From: an uncultured archaeon
GTDB lineage: Archaea; Asgardarchaeota; Lokiarchaeia; Sigyniarchaeales; SOKP01
Assembly (NCBI GenBank): GCA_964508365.1
Contig: CAZDTP010000004.1
Coordinates: 49,681 to 113,680 of the forward strand
Length of the DNA: 64,000 bases
Direction of reading: 5' to 3'
Shown here: positions 48,850 through 58,558 of the stretch, in pieces
Layout of the letters: each line of letters opens with the position of its first letter
Position numbering within the stretch: the stretch's first letter is position 1
Notes under the pieces: model-generated
Told to the model about the DNA's origin: nothing
What the model saw: the letters and a program-made list of their open reading frames with translations, nothing else
Database searches by the model: none
Translations under genes and position numbers: made by a program

Positions 48850-48931
48850 TTTCTTTGCTTTTTTGAAAAAGTCATCTGATAATGTATAATTATAATAAAT
48901 TATTTTAAAAAATTAATATTGGTGTTCTTTT

Positions 48932-50431
48932 ATGGTTAATGCGATTTTAATTATACTCGATACCTTACGACAAGATCATGTTGGTGCTTATGGTAACACA
49001 TGGATAAAAACACCACATTTAGACGAGTTTGCCAAAGAATCCGTGAAATTTACAAGAATGTACCCAGAGTCATTACCGACACTCCCAGCTCGGAAAGCTA
49101 TTTATACTGGAAAACGAGTCTTTCCTTTTACTGATGATAAGCTTGGAAAGACAAAAACTGCGCGGGGAGACTTCATCGCTGATGCTCTCGGTGCTCCTGG
49201 TTGGAGTTCCATTTCGGATTCTCAAGATACTCTAGCAGAGCGATTCAAACGCAAAAAATATGTTTCGGCTCTGTTTTCCGATATATATCATCAATTTAAA
49301 CCAGGATATAATTTCAACCGTGGATTTAATCAATGGAGTTGGATTCGTGGGCAAGAGGAAGATGCATATCTGTCTGGACCAAGGATTTCTAATGATGTTC
49401 TTGAGGAATATCTCACTTCCAAAGGGGATGGGACAACGGCAGGTACGTTATTTGCCCAACATATGATGCGTCGATTTCTTCAAAATGTTCGCTGGTGGCG
49501 CTCCGAAACTGACACTTTTACATCCCAAGTGTTTCGCGCGGCTGGTGAATGGCTGGACATGAATTACGATGCTCTATTAAAAGGAAAAGGATTTATAACA
49601 GTGGAGTCCTTTGATCCACACGAACCTTGGAATCCGCCTCTTCAATACATTCGGTTATACGAAAAAGATCCTGATTGGGAAAAAGGATGTCGAAAAATCT
49701 CGCACTCCCTTTATGGACCAGCGAGTATACTTTCAGAAAAAGAACTCAAAAATTTAAGGACACGTTATGCCGCGGAAGTATCGCTTGTAGACACATGGTT
49801 CGGATATTTCATAGACTATATCAAACGAATTGGTATCTGGAATGATTCTATCATAGTGGTAGTATCCGATCACGGGCATATGTTAGGAGAACACGGACTT
49901 ATAGCAAAAGCTGCCAATCCTCTTAGGCGCGAAGTAGCAGATCTTGTCGCCATGATTCGATTTCCAGAAGGTGAAGGTAGTGGTACAACCTGTGATAAGT
50001 TTTGTTATCATCATGACATCGCTACTACTATTTGTGAAGCCTGTGGAATTAATGCAAATAATATGGATGGTAAGGATTTATTGAAATTGGTTCAAGATGA
50101 TGAATTGATATATTACGATCACATTTCGATAGCTTGGGGTGGCTCTGTAGTAGTTTATGATGGTGAGTATTGGTATAACGGATATGTATGGGACACGGAA
50201 GGAGGAAGTCTGTTTGATGTCGATAAGGACCCAAGATTAACAAAAAATATCATTTTAGAAGCTCCCGATAAGGCAAAAGAATTATTAAAACTTAGTTGGG
50301 GGGATGCGAGAGAGCCCATTGATATGGAATTCATGCGAAAATTCAAAGACTTATTAGGCTGTACACCAGTCTCCAAAACACTTACTAAACAAGATAAAAA
50401 CGATTCAAATTCATCGGAAGCTTTCAAGTAA
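48932..50431 (+). CDS. Sulfatase / alkaline-phosphatase-superfamily hydrolase
   Basis: ILDTLRQDH, TLPAR at the formylglycine position, FDPHEPW, SDHG. Confidence 0.85.
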   Translation: MVNAILIILDTLRQDHVGAYGNTWIKTPHLDEFAKESVKFTRMYPESLPTLPARKAIYTGKRVFPFTDDKLGKTKTARGDFIADALGAPGWSSISDSQDTLAERFKRKKYVSALFSDIYHQFKPGYNFNRGFNQWSWIRGQEEDAYLSGPRISNDVLEEYLTSKGDGTTAGTLFAQHMMRRFLQNVRWWRSETDTFTSQVFRAAGEWLDMNYDALLKGKGFITVESFDPHEPWNPPLQYIRLYEKDPDWEKGCRKISHSLYGPASILSEKELKNLRTRYAAEVSLVDTWFGYFIDYIKRIGIWNDSIIVVVSDHGHMLGEHGLIAKAANPLRREVADLVAMIRFPEGEGSGTTCDKFCYHHDIATTICEACGINANNMDGKDLLKLVQDDELIYYDHISIAWGGSVVVYDGEYWYNGYVWDTEGGSLFDVDKDPRLTKNIILEAPDKAKELLKLSWGDAREPIDMEFMRKFKDLLGCTPVSKTLTKQDKNDSNSSEAFK

Positions 50432-50684
50432 TTGGCTGCAAATTATCCTTTTTTTATTCTAAAATTATATTAGGGGCGGATTTTCAGAATTGAAAAGCCT
50501 TTTTTTATAGTTTATTAAATAAATTAGAATTAACATCCATCTGAAAGTTGAATTTTATATGAATCAACTCTTAAAATATATACAAAAAAGTAAGATATTT
50601 AAACAAGTTGGTAGTTTAAATAACTATCCAATGGTCATCACTTTAAAAATTAAAATACGTTAAAAAAAAATATATGGTTATATA

Positions 50685-50912
50685 ATGAAATGTGAAATTG
50701 GTCCTTTAAAGGGATACGAAAGTAAACTCGTTATTGGTAAAATGGAATGGCGTAGAACAAAAAACTACAAAATTCGAGTAGGAAATGTACGAACAAAACG
50801 AGTTTGTGTCGATAATGAAAAATATAGAACATATAATAAACCCTTTTTCATTAATGGTATGATAATTATTATAATTTTTCTAGCTTCGTACTTAATTAAT
50901 TTATTCTTCTAA
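50685..50912 (+). CDS. Small basic protein with a C-terminal TM helix
   Basis: 75-aa ORF with a hydrophobic C-terminus. Confidence 0.4.
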   Translation: MKCEIGPLKGYESKLVIGKMEWRRTKNYKIRVGNVRTKRVCVDNEKYRTYNKPFFINGMIIIIIFLASYLINLFF

Positions 50913-50985
50913 TAGTCTTAAAGAGTTCATATCATCTATAATTTTTACCAACGGATTATTTTCTCAAATACAATTGTGATAAGCA

Positions 50986-52410
50986 TTATAAACCTAATTC
51001 CCGTAATTTGCGAGTAACTTCTTGTTTTTTGATGCCTTTCAGATCAAACCATTTATAAAAGATTAACGCACCCATACTGCAAAAAACGAAAGGAACTAAT
51101 CCTTGAATTATCCGAAGACCTACTAAGGCATTAACTTGATGAGAAACATCTAATGGGTCATAAAATGTGAGTGCGTGTATAATTGCTATAGTAAAACTCT
51201 GAATAATTACAGAAGTGCGAACGAAAAAATTTCTAATTCCAAGCAAAGTAGTTTGGTGATGTTTTTTTGTTTTCACAGCGATTTCATCGTAACAATCAGC
51301 CAAAACGGGTGATAACATAATTAAGAACAAGGATCCTGATACTCCATTTAGGATGCTTGTTAAATAGAACTGAAACGCATTCACAATAAAGAGGTTTAAT
51401 AATAGACTTACCCCGTAGGAAGCTAAACCAATTGCATAAGTGTTCGAATGTCCTATTCTTTTAGCTAAGCAAGCCCATATAGGCATTGTTATTAAAGAAG
51501 ATAAAAGCATTAAGATTGAACCTATACTTCTTATGTATTGCCCCTCTTGTAGAACATCATCAACAAAGTTGACGGCATTCATGCTCATAAGACCAAACGC
51601 AATCATAAAAGTAAGATAAGTGAATACAGCCAACATGAAATTTTTTTGTTTTATACCCATCTTCATAGTTTTAAAAAAGGAAGTTTTTTCCGAGTTTTCA
51701 TGCCCTACGATAAATCTCTCTTTTATAACTTTATCCTCCTTGGATCCAGGTATAAATACGGCAAGTGAGCATAAAAGTATAATGATGCTGATAAACGCAG
51801 CTATTGTGAAGGATGTTGGATTCCCGGGATCAATCACAAGTGACCAGATCGTAATTGCTAAGAAATTTGCTATAAAGGTAAAAGTCTGAGTCAATATTCC
51901 TCCTTTTCTACGCGTTGTATCTCCCCTAAAATGTGCAGCAAAAGCTCCAAAAGAATGAGTTTGAAGAAGAGAATACGATGTATCGTATAAAAATACGATT
52001 ATTATATAATATATTAGAATAGGCAATGCACTTTCAATCCCTGATACTTGAGGAGGTGTAAATAGGAAGAAAAACAGGATAATTGTAGGAATCGCTCCAA
52101 TAATGATCCAAGGTGTATGAAACCCTCGCTTTTTGGTCCATTTGAAGGGTTTATCTGTAAGATATCCTATAACAGGGTTAATCAACATACCCCATATTGT
52201 GTAAAGCGTATTTGCGATTGCCATATAAATTGGCCATAATGATACTATACTGATTAAACCAAGCTCTCCTTCATAGAATGTCCAGACATAATTATTAAAA
52301 GCTATCATTAAATATGTATTCAAAAAATATCCCGTTGAAAATAATATCATCTTAATAAGACTTGGTTCATCAGGATGAGCCTGATTCACATCATTATTTG
52401 GGGTTTTCAT
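50986..52410 (-). CDS. MFS transporter, GPH (glycoside-pentoside-hexuronide) family
   Basis: NPVIGYLTDK..KRGFHTPW, LADCYDE, 12 TM segments. Confidence 0.85.
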   Translation of the reverse strand: MKTPNNDVNQAHPDEPSLIKMILFSTGYFLNTYLMIAFNNYVWTFYEGELGLISIVSLWPIYMAIANTLYTIWGMLINPVIGYLTDKPFKWTKKRGFHTPWIIIGAIPTIILFFFLFTPPQVSGIESALPILIYYIIIVFLYDTSYSLLQTHSFGAFAAHFRGDTTRRKGGILTQTFTFIANFLAITIWSLVIDPGNPTSFTIAAFISIIILLCSLAVFIPGSKEDKVIKERFIVGHENSEKTSFFKTMKMGIKQKNFMLAVFTYLTFMIAFGLMSMNAVNFVDDVLQEGQYIRSIGSILMLLSSLITMPIWACLAKRIGHSNTYAIGLASYGVSLLLNLFIVNAFQFYLTSILNGVSGSLFLIMLSPVLADCYDEIAVKTKKHHQTTLLGIRNFFVRTSVIIQSFTIAIIHALTFYDPLDVSHQVNALVGLRIIQGLVPFVFCSMGALIFYKWFDLKGIKKQEVTRKLRELGL

Positions 52411-52627
52411 CTTTTAATTCAGAGTTCATTTTTGATATTATTTTATTCATTCTATTATTTATTAAAGTACTCTCCCAAAAAGCAAAAAATAATCTATTGA
52501 TTCAAATTATAGATTATTAAAATAAGTTTTATTAACTATTAAGCGATTTTAAATTTAAATCTACTTTTAATCTTGTTCTCTATGAAATTCAACCAGACTT
52601 TCTTTAAAGGAGGTTATTATCATCAGA

Positions 52628-53761
52628 TTGCTCGAATACGAGAGTAAGGAAATTTTTAGCAAGTTTGACATTCCACTAGTTAAGAATATATTAATTCTAA
52701 AGGGAGAAGATATTGAAGAAAAAGTAAGAGGATTTTCATTTCCTGCAATTGTTAAAGCACAAATCGCTATTGGAAGCAGAAAAAAAGCAGGATTGATAAA
52801 AATTGCTAAATCCACATATGAGGCAATTTCACTATGTGATGAGTATTTTAATATAACTATAGCTGGGTTCCATGTTGAAGCAATTCTTATTGAAGAACTC
52901 GTAACAATAGAACATGAGTATTATTGTTCTATAGCTTTAGATACCTCTGGGAGACAATTCTATCTAATTGCTAGCAAAGAAGGGGGTATTGATATTGAAG
53001 AGGTTTCTAAAACAAATCCAGACGCAGTAGTAAAGGAGAGTTTATCTTTTCAAGAGGGGGTGTCTGAAGTGTTAGCAAATGAAGTCGCTTGTCAATTGGG
53101 ATTTAGTGGGAAACAAATTGTTACAGCTTCACAAATATTCATGAATTTATGGGATATAGCTTTGAACTTAGAGGCACAACTTGTAGAAATAAATCCTCTT
53201 GTATTAACTCCTTTAGGAATATTTGCTGTAGATGGAAAGATGATTTTAGACGATGCTGCGGCGTTTAGGCAACCAATCGTTCAAAAATTACAGCACAAGA
53301 AATTAACCGCACTAGAAAAACTTTCGAAAAAAGCTGGTTTTTCTTTTATTGAATTATCGGGAGATATTGGTATTTTAGCAAATGGAGCCGGGCTCACTAT
53401 GGCTTTATTAGATGTGTTATCTGAATTAGGTTTACAACCTGCGAACTTTTTAGATGTGGGGGGGGGTGCTAGTAAAGAAAGAGTGTATAAAGCTCTAGAA
53501 CTAATCTTTAAATTAAAACCAAAAGCGGTTTTAGTTAATATTTTCGGAGGGATAACGCGTTGTGATATAGTTGCTCAGGCTATAATACAAGCTCTTAACG
53601 ATTTTTCAAATGCCCCACCAATAATTATTAGATTAACAGGGACTAACGAAAAGGAAGGAATTGCCCTGCTTAAAGAAGCAAACATAGAAGCATTTCAAGA
53701 TGTTATGGAAGCAGTTAAAAAAGTAAAAGAGGTGCTAAGCGAGCAAGATGTATATAACTGA
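52628..53761 (+). CDS. sucC: Succinyl-CoA synthetase beta subunit (true start possibly ATC at 52622)
   Basis: LLEYESK, VKAQI..G.RKKAG, EINPL, NGAGL, NFLDVGGGA, NIFGGITRCD, RLTGTN. Confidence 0.92.
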   Translation: MLEYESKEIFSKFDIPLVKNILILKGEDIEEKVRGFSFPAIVKAQIAIGSRKKAGLIKIAKSTYEAISLCDEYFNITIAGFHVEAILIEELVTIEHEYYCSIALDTSGRQFYLIASKEGGIDIEEVSKTNPDAVVKESLSFQEGVSEVLANEVACQLGFSGKQIVTASQIFMNLWDIALNLEAQLVEINPLVLTPLGIFAVDGKMILDDAAAFRQPIVQKLQHKKLTALEKLSKKAGFSFIELSGDIGILANGAGLTMALLDVLSELGLQPANFLDVGGGASKERVYKALELIFKLKPKAVLVNIFGGITRCDIVAQAIIQALNDFSNAPPIIIRLTGTNEKEGIALLKEANIEAFQDVMEAVKKVKEVLSEQDVYN

Positions 53762-54608
53762 AAACTCAAAAGTAATAATTCAAGGTATAACGGGAAAACA
53801 AGGAATTTTTCACACTCATTTAATGGTTAATTATGGTACCAATATTGTCGCTGGAGTTACACCTGGAAAAGGAGGTCAGGAAATATACGGGATTCCAGTA
53901 TTTAATACAATGAAAGATGCAATTCAGGAAACGTGTGCAGATACGAGCATTTTGTTTGTTCCAGCAAGATTCACTTTAAGCGCAGCTATGGAAAGTTTAA
54001 TCGCTGGAATCAACATGACTTGTATCATAACTGAGAATGTACCAGTATTTGACATGATTAAGCTTGTAGAAAAAGCTAGGGAAAAAAGACTACATTTAAT
54101 TGGTCCAAATTGTCCTGGTATGTTAATCCCCGATAAAATCAAATTAGGAATAATGCCAAGCGACATGTGTCAATACGGTGATGTCGCAGTAATCTCTAAA
54201 AGCGGTACATTGTCCTACGAGATAACAAAAGCAATTGGGAATAGTGGTATAGGAGTTTCTGCGTACGTCGGTATCGGAGGAGATCCTGTGAGAGGAACTA
54301 CTATGCGAGAAGCTGTAGCTTATTATTCAGAAGATGCAAACACTAAAATAATCGTCCTTATAGGAGAAATTGGAAGCGATGAGGAGGAAAAAACTGCAGA
54401 GTTTATTAAGAGCAATGTTTCTAAACCAGTTATAGCCTATATTGCAGGAAAAAGCGCTCCGGAAGGAAAGAGAATGGGACATGCTGGAGCCATAATTTCT
54501 GGTGATTTTGGAACTGCAAAAGGGAAAATAGAAGCCTTGAAAGCAGCGGGTGCATTAATAGCGGATTTACCGTGGGATGTTCCAAAAATAATACAAAAAT
54601 TAACTTGA
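53748..54608 (+). CDS. sucD: Succinyl-CoA synthetase alpha subunit
   Basis: QGITG, GPNCPG, SKSGTL, GIGGDP, GEIG, phospho-His in MGHAGA. Confidence 0.95.
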   Translation: MYITENSKVIIQGITGKQGIFHTHLMVNYGTNIVAGVTPGKGGQEIYGIPVFNTMKDAIQETCADTSILFVPARFTLSAAMESLIAGINMTCIITENVPVFDMIKLVEKAREKRLHLIGPNCPGMLIPDKIKLGIMPSDMCQYGDVAVISKSGTLSYEITKAIGNSGIGVSAYVGIGGDPVRGTTMREAVAYYSEDANTKIIVLIGEIGSDEEEKTAEFIKSNVSKPVIAYIAGKSAPEGKRMGHAGAIISGDFGTAKGKIEALKAAGALIADLPWDVPKIIQKLT

Positions 54609-54668
54609 ACAAATAGGTTATAAGAGGGTTAAAATTGAAACACAGCCTACCAGAAAAAGAGAAAAGTT

Positions 54669-55028
54669 GTGATGATAAATAAAGTAAAAGTGATTAAATC
54701 TCATCATTCAGAAGTGTTGATTCCTTTTCAGGCTGAAAAGGGTGAAATTGTCAATGGCAAAGAAAAACGTACTCAATGGGAAGGATGGCTTTATTGTAAA
54801 AATAAGGATGGAATTTTTGGTTGGCTCCCTAAGGCCTTCGTTACTCCAGTAAAGGATTCATCTGAAGAGTTCCAGTTCATCCGTGCTTATAATTCTTTTG
54901 AGATCTCAGCATCAAAGGGAGAATTTGTCAAAATAAAAGAAATAGAAAGTGGATGGGCAAGGATTGTAAATGAAATTGGAAATATAGGATGGATTCCGTT
55001 AGAAAATCTCGATTTTACTGCACTTTAG
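54669..55028 (+). CDS. Tandem SH3-domain protein
   Basis: Two SH3-like units ending GWLPKAFV and GWIPLENL. Confidence 0.75.
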   Translation: MMINKVKVIKSHHSEVLIPFQAEKGEIVNGKEKRTQWEGWLYCKNKDGIFGWLPKAFVTPVKDSSEEFQFIRAYNSFEISASKGEFVKIKEIESGWARIVNEIGNIGWIPLENLDFTAL

Positions 55029-55659
55029 AATAAATTAATCGATATAAATAATATATTGATACAAATAATTCGGGAAGCCAATGTTCAAGTACGATAACAA
55101 AAAATAACGCTCCAATTACAGCTGATAAAAAGAATAAAGATTCGTGAATAATTTCAAATGGAATACCTTTAAAATTGAAATATAATAAAAATATAATACG
55201 AAACACATTTAATAAAAAAATTCCAGATGTTGAAATCGCCAATACCTTAATTTTCCTCCATACAAACTCCTTTTTAATTGAACCTACTTTAGAGGAAGGA
55301 ACTAATAGTATTACTCCAATTATGAAACTAAAGATATGCCCTGCGATGCAATTAATTGTAATAGCGTAAGCTCCATCAAATGGATGATTTGGAATAAAAA
55401 TCGATGGAAAAATATCGTGGTTGGGATAAATAATTACTTGTGAATTAAGATTAAATAATAGATTCAAAAGAAATGAGATAAAGAATGAAGTAAATTCATA
55501 GATCCAGTAGTTCATTTGGAGACTAAGAAAGAAATAAATTAAGATGCATAAAATCGGACTAATAATGAAAAAAGTGGCCAATTGGAGATTTGAAAAATTA
55601 TAAGTTTTGTGATTTAAACATAAAATTGGTCTATCTTGGATACAATCGTTTCCCTTCAT
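55015..55659 (-). CDS. Archaeosortase/exosortase family protein
   Basis: Multi-TM; catalytic-type C (ITINC), R (NVFRI) and H (IIHES) in the usual order. Confidence 0.8.
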   Translation of the reverse strand: MKGNDCIQDRPILCLNHKTYNFSNLQLATFFIISPILCILIYFFLSLQMNYWIYEFTSFFISFLLNLLFNLNSQVIIYPNHDIFPSIFIPNHPFDGAYAITINCIAGHIFSFIIGVILLVPSSKVGSIKKEFVWRKIKVLAISTSGIFLLNVFRIIFLLYFNFKGIPFEIIHESLFFLSAVIGALFFVIVLEHWLPELFVSIYYLYRLIYSKVQ

Positions 55660-55706
55660 ATTAAATTATGTTTTTGATTAATAGAAAAATAAAAAAAAAG
55701 ATTGAT

Positions 55707-56363
55707 TTAATTGGATAAGGAATTTTTCTTGGTTTTTAAATGATATCGATACATTATAATTATTGATAGCATTGCGAACAAACCAAGGAATAATAATGGT
55801 TCGAAACCAGGAATTTCGACATCAGCAAACATTTCTGTAAATGCGTCACTAATTGCATTATTTATAGCTTCACTTATAGCATCTCCTATTGAAGTTGCGA
55901 TAGTCGAGAAAGTGCTGGCTAGAATAATTGGGACACCTATGGCTATTCCGACAATAGCTCCAATAACATATCCACATCCTTCATATCCACCGCCACTCCC
56001 TCCACTGGAACTTGTATTTGCTCCCGCTAACCATAATAAACCCAGAGAAAATGCTACTACAAGAAAGAAAATTAAATATAACTGACCAAATGAAGTTATA
56101 GGTAATTGAAAACCATTCATAACAAAGAAAGAAACGATTAAATCTATTAATGCGACTGCAGCAAAATATATAATAGTCTTATAGGGTATAATCGTTTTAG
56201 TTTTAATTGGAGTTGTAGGGGGTGGTGTGAATGATGTCGATTGAATTGGTGCGGGTGAACTTATCGGCGCGGGTTCTAATAATGAACCACAGTGAATGCA
56301 ATACATTAAATCCTTTTGCACTAAATTACCACACTTGCTACATCGAATCTTATCTTGAGACAT
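55707..56363 (-). CDS. Zinc-ribbon membrane protein with an IPGF C-terminal sorting signal (PGF-CTERM-like)
   Basis: CSKCG..CIHCG, Pro-rich linker, three TMs, then EIPGFEP + TM + basic tail RYHLKTKK. Confidence 0.75.
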   Translation of the reverse strand: MSQDKIRCSKCGNLVQKDLMYCIHCGSLLEPAPISSPAPIQSTSFTPPPTTPIKTKTIIPYKTIIYFAAVALIDLIVSFFVMNGFQLPITSFGQLYLIFFLVVAFSLGLLWLAGANTSSSGGSGGGYEGCGYVIGAIVGIAIGVPIILASTFSTIATSIGDAISEAINNAISDAFTEMFADVEIPGFEPLLFLGLFAMLSIIIMYRYHLKTKKNSLSN

Positions 56364-56515
56364 TTAAGATCACATTATAACATTTTAATTTGGAATTTCA
56401 TTTGTAAAGAAAGGATATAATTATTATTGCATTATGAAAGTATTTATACTTTCATTTTTGTGAGTAAATAGTAATACAGTTTTAGCAAAACTAAAAACTA
56501 ATTCATAATGGTGGA

Positions 56516-56926
56516 ATGCAAGTGAAAATAAATTATAGTTATAAAATTCTTAAAGAATTAGTATACGCTAACATTATTTTTGTATTTGTTCTTTTATATA
56601 TTAACTTGATTTTGATGCTCTGGATAGATGGATATATTAATTTAAGCCAAGTAGTCTATTCATCATTATATATCCTTTTACCGTTTTTTGAAATCTTTAA
56701 ATCTATAATCCTATTAATAACTGCATTCATAACCATACAAATTAACAAATACCAATCAACTTACATTATCATTATAATTCTAAATTTATTTATGGGAATC
56801 ATTTTTAGCTCTCTATTTTTAATTAGATTATTTGGATATGCATGTTATGCTCCCTTATTAAATTTTTTAAGCATTCCCTTTGTAGGTTTATCTTCTATTA
56901 TGATTTTGATAAAAAAAATCAATTAA
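56516..56926 (+). CDS. Hypothetical membrane protein (about four TMs)
   Basis: 136 aa, highly hydrophobic. Confidence 0.5.
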   Translation: MQVKINYSYKILKELVYANIIFVFVLLYINLILMLWIDGYINLSQVVYSSLYILLPFFEIFKSIILLITAFITIQINKYQSTYIIIIILNLFMGIIFSSLFLIRLFGYACYAPLLNFLSIPFVGLSSIMILIKKIN

Positions 56927-56939
56927 TTTCAACATTCAT

Positions 56940-57863
56940 TTAAATAAATAACGCAAATTCTAAAATAAACACCCAAATTAATATCCAAAAGATAGATACA
57001 AATATATAAATAATTAAAGCAATCCTATCCTTAATTTTTTCATTACTAATATTTAGTAGAACGATAAGAGTAATAAAACTCACATACAATAAATGAGCAG
57101 GTTGAATCAATCGCCACAATTTTAAAAAGATATTAATTAGAGAGAGATCTGTTGATGTGTCGGATACTTCAAACCAATTAGACACCATAGATATAAAATA
57201 TTCGGGGAATATGATATAAGGAATGCAAATAAGGATTAAAGGAGTTATGAAATAGGCTAAATGTTTCACTTTTAATTTTTTAACAATTATTAAAATCAAT
57301 GGAAAGATAATTAAAGTCACTTTAAATACTGCTAAGGAAAATAGAATTCCTGAAAGAATTTTTTTTTCACGTTGGAGTTGATAAAATGATTCTATTAATA
57401 ACAATTGAATTAACCAATTCGTATTATTCAAATACATATCAGTAAAATATCCAATAGCAGAAAAAAGAAAGAAAAAGTATAATTCTCGATTATTTGATGT
57501 AATTTTTACTATTTTTAAGGATATGTAAATCGCTGAGGTTAATCTTAGAAAATCCCATAAATATAATGATATTTCATATGGTAATATGTAACAAGGATAA
57601 AAAATAAAATACCAAAAGTAAAGATATATTGCTTTCTCATCTAATAAAGGATTTTCCTCATAATATTGAAATACCCCGTTATACATTAAATCATAATTGG
57701 TTTTAAAATTTAAATCTCTATTTCTCATAAGCAAATCTATAAAAAAAAAACCTGAAAGTTCATCTTGAAAGTAATAAAAGAGAATTCTAGAGCAAATTAA
57801 AACTAAAGTTGTTATAACGACAAAAATTATATATCTCCTTGAAAATGCAGATCTAATTTTCAT
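56940..57863 (-). CDS. GT87/DUF2029-like GT-C fold membrane glycosyltransferase
   Basis: External loop with RNRD..F..Y, YLYFWYFIFYP, NNTNW, GILFSLAVFK; polytopic. Confidence 0.6.
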   Translation of the reverse strand: MKIRSAFSRRYIIFVVITTLVLICSRILFYYFQDELSGFFFIDLLMRNRDLNFKTNYDLMYNGVFQYYEENPLLDEKAIYLYFWYFIFYPCYILPYEISLYLWDFLRLTSAIYISLKIVKITSNNRELYFFFLFSAIGYFTDMYLNNTNWLIQLLLIESFYQLQREKKILSGILFSLAVFKVTLIIFPLILIIVKKLKVKHLAYFITPLILICIPYIIFPEYFISMVSNWFEVSDTSTDLSLINIFLKLWRLIQPAHLLYVSFITLIVLLNISNEKIKDRIALIIYIFVSIFWILIWVFILEFALFI

Positions 57864-58302
57864 TGTATAATTCCATATACTTTTTTAGGTAATATTTCTG
57901 AATTTCTTTCCTAAGTATATAGTACATTATGATGGATGCGAGAAAGTTGATAATAATTGTGATTATATAGGCAAAATTGATGAATAGAAATAGCACTAAA
58001 CCAAAAATAGAGTAGATAATAAATGTAAGCGACAAACCAAATAAAATAAATAATATTAAGATAAAATTAAAATTTAATTCCTCTCTCAATGCAAAATAAG
58101 CGTCAAGATTATACCGAATTAATAATATTCCAAAAACCAATAAAAAAAAAGGAAAGATTGGTTGACTATCTGCCACATCAATTAAAGCAGCAATTAAGAA
58201 ATAAATTAAAAAACTAAAAACGACTGCAAATAGGGAATAATATATTTCCTTCTTTTTGCGAATTATATTAATTGCCCAATTTTTAGGTTTTAAGGCTGTC
58301 AC
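57853..58302 (-). CDS. Hypothetical membrane protein (about four TMs)
   Basis: Overlaps the GT87-like start by 11 nt, so likely co-transcribed. Confidence 0.55.
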   Translation of the reverse strand: MTALKPKNWAINIIRKKKEIYYSLFAVVFSFLIYFLIAALIDVADSQPIFPFFLLVFGILLIRYNLDAYFALREELNFNFILILFILFGLSLTFIIYSIFGLVLFLFINFAYIITIIINFLASIIMYYILRKEIQKYYLKKYMELYNEN

Positions 58303-58558
58303 TGAATATTGTTGTGATGAATATAATTTTTTTATTGAATTTTGTTTTTATCCCTTATTAACTTATTATTTTTTAACTTAAGCTCGAAAAGGATTTATTG
58401 AGTTCTATATTTCATGCTTTTTTTTTTCTTAACGAGTGGTTCTGAGGGAATTACATCCCATATTAATCATGTAGGTAAAATATTTATTAAAGTTGAGTTT
58501 ACACTTATTATAAATCTTTGACATAATGTTAAAATTAATATAAGAGAATGAGAGAAAA

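Noticed and set aside
50596-50622. Inverted repeat tatttaaac-N9-gtttaaata
   Set aside because: 9-bp AT-only-rich arms are expected by chance at this base composition; there is no second instance to support an operator
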